Of a stretch of 32,000 bases of DNA, positions 27,291 through 32,000 are shown piece by piece. Source of the DNA: Halalkalibacterium halodurans (GTDB taxonomy: Bacteria > Bacillota > Bacilli > Bacillales > Bacillaceae_D); contig NZ_SNUY01000020.1 of NCBI RefSeq assembly GCF_004376175.1, positions 6,541 to 38,540 of the forward strand, written 5' to 3'. Each line of letters begins with the position of its first letter. Position 1 is the stretch's first letter. Under the pieces are notes generated by a model, which did no database searches, had not been told where the DNA came from, and saw only the letters and a program-made list of their open reading frames with translations. A program made the translations under genes and the position numbers.

Positions 27291-27539
27291 GTTCTTTTTC
27301 TTATTATAATGTTGAATGCTGTAGAGGGCCCCTTCTTCCACCATTCGATTGTCCTCTGTATCATAAGGATCTGGATGACCAATGGAGATTCGTTTCGTTT
27401 TGTCGCCTTCTTTTTTCTGTTGGTTCCCTATTTTCACGACTCGTTTAAGCTTGCTCCGTATGGTGCAATTGTTCAGTGCATATGCTGTGACCCCTGCGAT
27501 CGTAACGACTCCAGTTAGCCAGCCTAACGTTTTTTTCAT
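27285..27539 (-). CDS. hypothetical small membrane-anchored protein, 84 aa
   Basis: Strong SD AAAGGAGAGG 7 nt upstream of the ATG at 27539. One N-terminal TM helix, a Lys-rich linker and a GHPDPYDTEDN segment. It has its own terminator. Confidence 0.65.
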   Translation of the reverse strand: MKKTLGWLTGVVTIAGVTAYALNNCTIRSKLKRVVKIGNQQKKEGDKTKRISIGHPDPYDTEDNRMVEEGALYSIQHYNKKKNA

Positions 27540-27652
27540 TTTCACACCTCTCCTTTCTTTATCAATCCATTCCCAGCCTTACGTTCACTGAAACATGGTG
27601 TACATGAAAGTCAAGCTGGAGCACACACTAGCTTTAAAGGAGGGAAACGCGT

Positions 27653-27781
27653 ATGGTAACGAAAGACAACAATAAGAAAAAGCAAGATCATCAGGCAGCT
27701 CGTGAGCTAAAGAACCAACAGGTGAAAGAGAATGCGAGACACGGAAAACATACGTATTCGAAAGATACCGATCACTTGTAA
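27653..27781 (+). CDS. unannotated 42-aa hydrophilic basic protein (minor-SASP-like)
   Basis: Manual translation gives MVTKDNNKKKQDHQAARELKNQQVKENARHGKHTYSKDTDHL. AAAGGAGGG lies 8 nt upstream and a hairpin terminator lies 30 nt downstream. It is below the 60-aa cut-off of the ORF track. Confidence 0.55.
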   Translation: MVTKDNNKKKQDHQAARELKNQQVKENARHGKHTYSKDTDHL

Positions 27782-27813
27782 TAAGTATATACGAAGCCGC
27801 TCCTTAAATCGAA

Positions 27814-27844
27814 AAGCACCCGTCATTAGTAGATACGGGTGCTT
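27814..27844. terminator. bidirectional terminator hairpin
   Basis: AAGCACCCGT-11 nt-ACGGGTGCTT is a 10-bp perfect stem with T-rich tracts on both sides. It sits between convergent genes. Confidence 0.7.
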
Positions 27845-27849
27845 CCAGC

Positions 27850-28221
27850 TTATTTTTTATAAAGTTCATGGACATCTTTCACAAACCATTCAAGACCGGA
27901 TGTCACCTCTCCAGTCCACTCAAGCATACCACCAGCATAGTTTTTCACATCACGGAAGCCTTGATCTTTTAAATAGAGCGCTACATTTTGGCTTCGGCTC
28001 CCGCTGCGGCAGACGAAGATGTAGGACTTTTCCTTATCCATTTCCGCAACGACGGCTGGGATGGACGACATCGGTAACAGCGGAAGTCCTGGAATATGTC
28101 CCGCCTCATACTCTTCTGGCTCACGGACATCGACGACAATCGTCTCATCGCCCTTTTCATTTAATAAAGCAGCTAGTTCAGTTTCCTCTACTTGTTCAAT
28201 CCCATCTAATTCAAAAGCCAT
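27850..28221 (-). CDS. rhodanese-domain sulfurtransferase
   Basis: 123 aa with active-site loop CRSGSRS. GAGGTGAT SD. Confidence 0.85.
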   Translation of the reverse strand: MAFELDGIEQVEETELAALLNEKGDETIVVDVREPEEYEAGHIPGLPLLPMSSIPAVVAEMDKEKSYIFVCRSGSRSQNVALYLKDQGFRDVKNYAGGMLEWTGEVTSGLEWFVKDVHELYKK

Positions 28222-28260
28222 CTCTTAATCACCTCAATTGTTATCATACCAAAAAAACGT

Positions 28261-29385
28261 CTACTCTACAGGCTGCTTACGCAATTTCCATAATCGGTAC
28301 GAATGGGTCACAATCACTTTGCCGACGGCGTAAGTTGGAACGGCCAATAGCATTCCGACCACTCCTGCAAAGCGGCCTGCCACAAGGAGAATGAAAATAA
28401 TCGTAATCGGATGAATCGCTAACTTTTTCCCCATGACTTGCGGAGAAATAAGATTGCTCTCGATTTGCTGAATCACCACGACCACAATTACGACAATGAG
28501 CGCGGTGAGCGGTGAGTCGATAAAGGCCACAATGACCGCTGGAAATGTTCCAATCCACGGGCCAACGAATGGAATCACATTCGTAAACATGGCAACAAGG
28601 GCTAAAATCAACGCATAATCCAGACCAATAATTAAATAAGCAATATAGCAGAGAATACCTACACAAAAGCTGACGATAATCTGCCCTTGAATGTAAGAGC
28701 TTAACATTTTATCCATATCGGCTAAGATAAGTCGACCTTCGTGCTGCTGCTTCTTGTTGAAAAGCTTCAACAATTGAACGGGCAGCTTTTCCCCTTCTTT
28801 TAGCAAGTAGAACAAAATAAATGGGACGAGGACAAGGATGATAAAAAAGTTCGCAAGTGCCCCAATAAAGCCTGTAATATTGGCACCAATCGTTCCAATA
28901 ATATCATTTAAAGAATTGACGAAGCGTGAAATCATCTCCTCAGGCTGGAACGTTTCACTTTCTTGGAATCGATTAAACAGCTCATTCGACTGTAAGGCTA
29001 TAAACGTATCCCGTACTTGATTGATCAACGTAGGCAAATTATTATACAAACTTTGGAACTGTCTCTGTAGCTCTGGTCCGACAATTAACGAAAAGGCCGT
29101 GAATGCTCCAATAATCATTAAAAAGAGAATCAAGATCGACAGCCCTCGGTTCAGTTTTTTCGACAATAGCCCTACGATCGGACGGAATAAATAGTATAGA
29201 ATTCCGGCAATAATGACTGGCGCAAATAGTGTTTGAACGAATACGACAATTGGACGGAAAATCCAATCAACAAGCGAGCCTAAATAAATAATGAGTAAAA
29301 CAAGTACGATTCCATAACCGAATCGAAACCACTTCCCCTGGGGCATATGTACTCGATTCCTTTCAGCGTTTTTTTCAATTTCCAT
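28261..29385 (-). CDS. AI-2E family (PerM/UPF0118) transporter
   Basis: 374-aa polytopic membrane protein with the family-typical C-terminal half (VIPFVGPWIG, ISPQVMGKKL). The start is uncertain: 29385 or 29346. Confidence 0.75.
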   Translation of the reverse strand: MEIEKNAERNRVHMPQGKWFRFGYGIVLVLLIIYLGSLVDWIFRPIVVFVQTLFAPVIIAGILYYLFRPIVGLLSKKLNRGLSILILFLMIIGAFTAFSLIVGPELQRQFQSLYNNLPTLINQVRDTFIALQSNELFNRFQESETFQPEEMISRFVNSLNDIIGTIGANITGFIGALANFFIILVLVPFILFYLLKEGEKLPVQLLKLFNKKQQHEGRLILADMDKMLSSYIQGQIIVSFCVGILCYIAYLIIGLDYALILALVAMFTNVIPFVGPWIGTFPAVIVAFIDSPLTALIVVIVVVVIQQIESNLISPQVMGKKLAIHPITIIFILLVAGRFAGVVGMLLAVPTYAVGKVIVTHSYRLWKLRKQPVE

Positions 29386-29393
29386 GCCATTAC

Positions 29394-29422
29394 ATTATAC
29401 CATGCTTTCCAGTTTCTTCGAA
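29394..29422 (-). promoter_or_regulatory. sigmaA-type promoter with extended -10
   Basis: Minus strand reads TTCGAA, a 17-nt spacer, then TGgTATAAT. The -10 element ends only 8 nt before the ATG at 29385. Confidence 0.55.
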
Positions 29423-29544
29423 AGAGAAACGGAAAAGCGCAGCAATTGACCCAAAGCACCGGAGTGAAAGAACAAACCGATAAGTTTGTGAACCGATGAT
29501 GATTGGCAAGCTTTTAAAGGAGAAAAGATTCTCAGTTGTTGTAC

Positions 29545-29572
29545 AAAAAAACGGTCCGACTATGTCAGACCG
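29545..29572 (-). terminator. rho-independent terminator after the LacI-family gene
   Basis: Minus strand reads CGGTCTGAC-ata-GTCGGACCG (9 bp, one G-U pair) followed by 7 T. Confidence 0.75.
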
Positions 29573-29579
29573 CTTGAAC

Positions 29580-30614
29580 TTATGATTTTAGTAGACGCCG
29601 GCACGTTTGCCGTTTAATGAGCTTATGAGGAATAATAATTTGTGCTGGCGGTCGCTCTGGATCTTTCATTTTCTCGATCAAGCATTCGGTCGCTTGAAAG
29701 CCTAAGTCAAAAATATGAATATCCACTGTCGTAAGAGACGGAGAAGACAGTTCAGAAATCATTGCATTGTTAAAGCTAATGATCGACATTTCCTCCGGTA
29801 CTGAAACATCCATTTCGTCTAACATGCGCAAGACACCTAATGCCATTAAATCGTCAGCCACGATTAAGGCCGTCGGTGGCTCTTCAAGGGACATTAGCTC
29901 AATGACCGCTTCTTGTCCCCCTTCTTCAACCTCATCATAGTAGACAACATACTCCTCGCGAAACGGGATTCCTGCGTTGGCAAGTGCACGCTGATACCCT
30001 TCCTTGTGGTCAATCGTCACCGTGTATTCAAGATTCCCACCAATGAATCCAATTTTTCGATGGCCGAGTAATAGGATGTACTCTGTTACCATTTTGGCTG
30101 CTTTCACATTGTCATTATTCACGAACGAAACGAGTTCCTTAAGCTGATCGTCGTACGGTCGACCGACTAGGACAAAAGGAAAATCTTCTTCAATTAAATA
30201 TGGCATCACTTTGTCATCTTGTTTCGCATACAACAAAAGAATTCCATCCACCCTGCGACTCTGCACCATCTCTTTTACTTCTGCAAGCAGTTCCTCTTCC
30301 GTCTGCCCTGTGGATAAGTACAAGCCATACTTTTCAACATACGCCTTCGTCGTGATCCCGCGAATGACTTCAGGAAAAAATGGGTTCTGAAACGCAATTC
30401 TCGCAGAGCTCGGAATGATGATCCCTAACGTTTTTGTACTTTGGTTCACGAGACTCCGAGCATTGTAATTCGGATAATATCCGAGTTGCTCCATCGCTTC
30501 ACGGACGCGCTCCTTTGTTCGTTGGCTAATTCTCGGATTGTTGGCAATGACTCGTGATACCGTTGACGGTGCAACCTTTGCCAGTTTTGCCACATCTTTA
30601 ATTGTTACCGCCAT
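29580..30614 (-). CDS. LacI-family transcriptional regulator
   Basis: The N-terminal HTH is VTIKDVAKLAKVAPSTVSRVIAN, followed by a periplasmic-binding-protein-like sugar-binding core. The ATG at 30614 has GGAGGGG upstream. Confidence 0.88.
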   Translation of the reverse strand: MAVTIKDVAKLAKVAPSTVSRVIANNPRISQRTKERVREAMEQLGYYPNYNARSLVNQSTKTLGIIIPSSARIAFQNPFFPEVIRGITTKAYVEKYGLYLSTGQTEEELLAEVKEMVQSRRVDGILLLYAKQDDKVMPYLIEEDFPFVLVGRPYDDQLKELVSFVNNDNVKAAKMVTEYILLLGHRKIGFIGGNLEYTVTIDHKEGYQRALANAGIPFREEYVVYYDEVEEGGQEAVIELMSLEEPPTALIVADDLMALGVLRMLDEMDVSVPEEMSIISFNNAMISELSSPSLTTVDIHIFDLGFQATECLIEKMKDPERPPAQIIIPHKLIKRQTCRRLLKS

Positions 30615-30649
30615 CGGTATCCCCTCCGATCGTAAAAATTTGTATGAAC

Positions 30650-30673
30650 AATCGTTTTTTATTGTAAACGATT
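30650..30673. promoter_or_regulatory. inverted repeat AATCGTTT-N8-AAACGATT upstream of the LacI-family gene
   Basis: 8-bp perfect arms about 40-60 nt upstream of the regulator's start. It shares the AAACG half-site with the malL operators. Confidence 0.35.
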
Positions 30674-30727
30674 TTTTCACAAAAGACGATAGACTTTCTT
30701 TTTTATTTAAAGAAAGGGGTTCCTAAT

Positions 30728-31570
30728 TTAACCTTTCGTAGCACCAGTCGTTAACCCGCTAATCAAATAGCGCTGCAAGAACAAGAAAACAGTTGCAATC
30801 GGAATGGCAATTAAAATTGCTCCTGCCGCAAACCTAGTAAAGTTGTTGGCAAACTGATCGTTCACAAAGTTGAATAACCCTAAAGCGAGCGTATAATTCT
30901 CGGGGCTTCGTAAAATAATTCGTGGCAAAATAAAATCCATGAAAGGCGACATAAAATTAAACAGTGCCACGACGGCTAAAATGGGCTTTGCCAGTGGTAG
31001 CATAATCGTAAAGAAAATACGGAAATGGCCAGCACCATCCAATTTCGCTGATTCGTCTAATTCGCGAGGAATCGTATCAAAGTAGCCTTTTACGAGAAAC
31101 GCATTCATCGGAATGGAGGTTCCTACATAAATAAGGATAAGCCCAAGAAGCGTATCAAGCAAATTCACCGTGTTTAACAAAATATACAAGGCGACCATCG
31201 CCATTAAAACAGGGAACATTTGCAGCAATAAAAAGCCGTACAGGCCATATGTTCTTCCGACAAAACGATAACGTGAAAACGCATAGGCTGTTAAAGCAAC
31301 AAGGAACGTTGAACAAACAGAGGTTACACTCGCGACGATGAGCGTATTTTTATACCATTGCAAATAGTTGCTTCGTGGATCGAAGAACAACCATTCATAA
31401 TGGCGAAACGAAATCGTCTCTGGGATCATCCGTGACGAGAATAAACTTGTCCCGGGATTCAACGACAACCCGACCGTCCAAAGAAGGGGATAAAGAATGA
31501 CGATACCCATGACGAGTAAAAACAAATAAATCGCTGTCACTTCGAGTCGTGATTTTACTTTTTTATTCAT
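30728..31570 (-). CDS. carbohydrate ABC transporter permease (MalG-like, CUT1 family)
   Basis: Six-TM permease with EAA loop ESAKLDGAGHFRIFFTIMLPLAKP. TAATG overlap with the upstream permease gene. Confidence 0.85.
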   Translation of the reverse strand: MNKKVKSRLEVTAIYLFLLVMGIVILYPLLWTVGLSLNPGTSLFSSRMIPETISFRHYEWLFFDPRSNYLQWYKNTLIVASVTSVCSTFLVALTAYAFSRYRFVGRTYGLYGFLLLQMFPVLMAMVALYILLNTVNLLDTLLGLILIYVGTSIPMNAFLVKGYFDTIPRELDESAKLDGAGHFRIFFTIMLPLAKPILAVVALFNFMSPFMDFILPRIILRSPENYTLALGLFNFVNDQFANNFTRFAAGAILIAIPIATVFLFLQRYLISGLTTGATKG

Positions 31571-32000
31571 TAGATACTCCCCTCCTCTTTAAAGGAACGA
31601 CTGCGACGGAACTGGAACAAAGCGAAGCCGGCAACAATTAAACCGATAATAATCGAAATGGCTGCCGCCATACTGTACTGTGAGTTTTCAAATGTGAGAC
31701 TGTACACCCACGAAATTAGAATATCGGTTCCGCCTGCATTTTGCCCGCGAATCGGCGGTCCCCCTTGGTTAAAAAGATAAATGATCGTAAAGTTGTTAAA
31801 GTTTCCTGCATACTGCATGATGAGTAGCGGCGCGGTCGCAAACAAAATATGTGGCATCGTAATGTGACGAAATTTTTGCAGTCGATTGGCTCCATCCATA
31901 TCTGCCGCTTCGTACCAGTCGCTTGAAATGCTTTGAAGAACCCCCGTAAATAAGGCAAAAACAAATGGAAAGCCTAGCCAAGTTTGAATCATGATTAACG
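31570..32000 (-). CDS. carbohydrate ABC transporter permease (MalF-like), 3' part only
   Basis: EAA loop EAADMDGANRLQKFRHITMPHI. The reading frame stays open to the window edge, so the 5' end is outside the window. Confidence 0.8.
   Translation of the reverse strand, partial: LIMIQTWLGFPFVFALFTGVLQSISSDWYEAADMDGANRLQKFRHITMPHILFATAPLLIMQYAGNFNNFTIIYLFNQGGPPIRGQNAGGTDILISWVYSLTFENSQYSMAAAISIIIGLIVAGFALFQFRRSRSFKEEGSI

Noticed and set aside
27732-28394. A 220-aa plus-strand ORF.
   Set aside because: It is entirely antisense to the rhodanese gene and the 3' end of the AI-2E transporter gene. It has an Arg/His/Ser/Pro-rich, low-complexity composition and no SD. It is a typical shadow ORF.
1-32000. 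A scan for CRISPR arrays, tandem repeats, and tRNA or rRNA genes.
   Set aside because: I found no regularly spaced direct repeats and no tRNA- or rRNA-like sequence in any intergenic region. The only repeats are the two 14-nt operators, the IS terminal repeats with their TSD, and the hairpins listed as features.

Overview
This window looks like a Bacillaceae-type chromosomal segment, mostly core metabolism. No rRNA, tRNA or CRISPR array was seen. All homology calls rest on motifs I recognised by eye and on gene context, because no database search was possible.

Gene content, in window order:
- 208..9748 (-): a complete arginine biosynthesis operon, argC-argJ-argB-argD-carA-carB-argF. It has a clear sigmaA-type promoter overlapped by an ARG-box-like inverted repeat.
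- ~10.1-10.7 kb: a short, apparently decayed locus of small ORFs.
- 10775..12460 (-): a GH13 oligo-1,6-glucosidase with two copies of a LacI-type operator upstream.
- 12684..14220 (-): a ctaG-sco cytochrome oxidase assembly pair.
- 14379..16633 (+): a Cof-type HAD phosphatase, a GNAT acetyltransferase and an uncharacterised 202-aa protein.
- 16748..18424: an XRE/cupin regulator divergent from azlC-azlD.
- 18754..23474 (+): a translationally coupled SWIM zinc-finger protein, a 995-aa SNF2-family helicase and a 60-aa ORF. It resembles B. subtilis ywqB-ywqA and has no established function.
- 23495..24955: an intact ISL3-family insertion sequence with a perfect 8-bp target-site duplication.
- 24956..27113 (-): a yitV-yitT-ipi-like operon, in which the BsuPI-type protease inhibitor is a predicted lipoprotein.
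- 27285..29385: small proteins including an unannotated 42-aa SASP-like ORF, a rhodanese and an AI-2E family transporter.
- 29580..32000 (-): a LacI-family regulator next to MalG/MalF-like sugar ABC permeases; the last gene is cut by the window edge.

The best candidate for an uncharacterised system is the SWIM/SNF2/small-ORF cassette. It carries no recognisable effector and looks conserved rather than mobile. The cleanest structural result is the IS insertion, which separates a convergent gene pair from its shared terminator.
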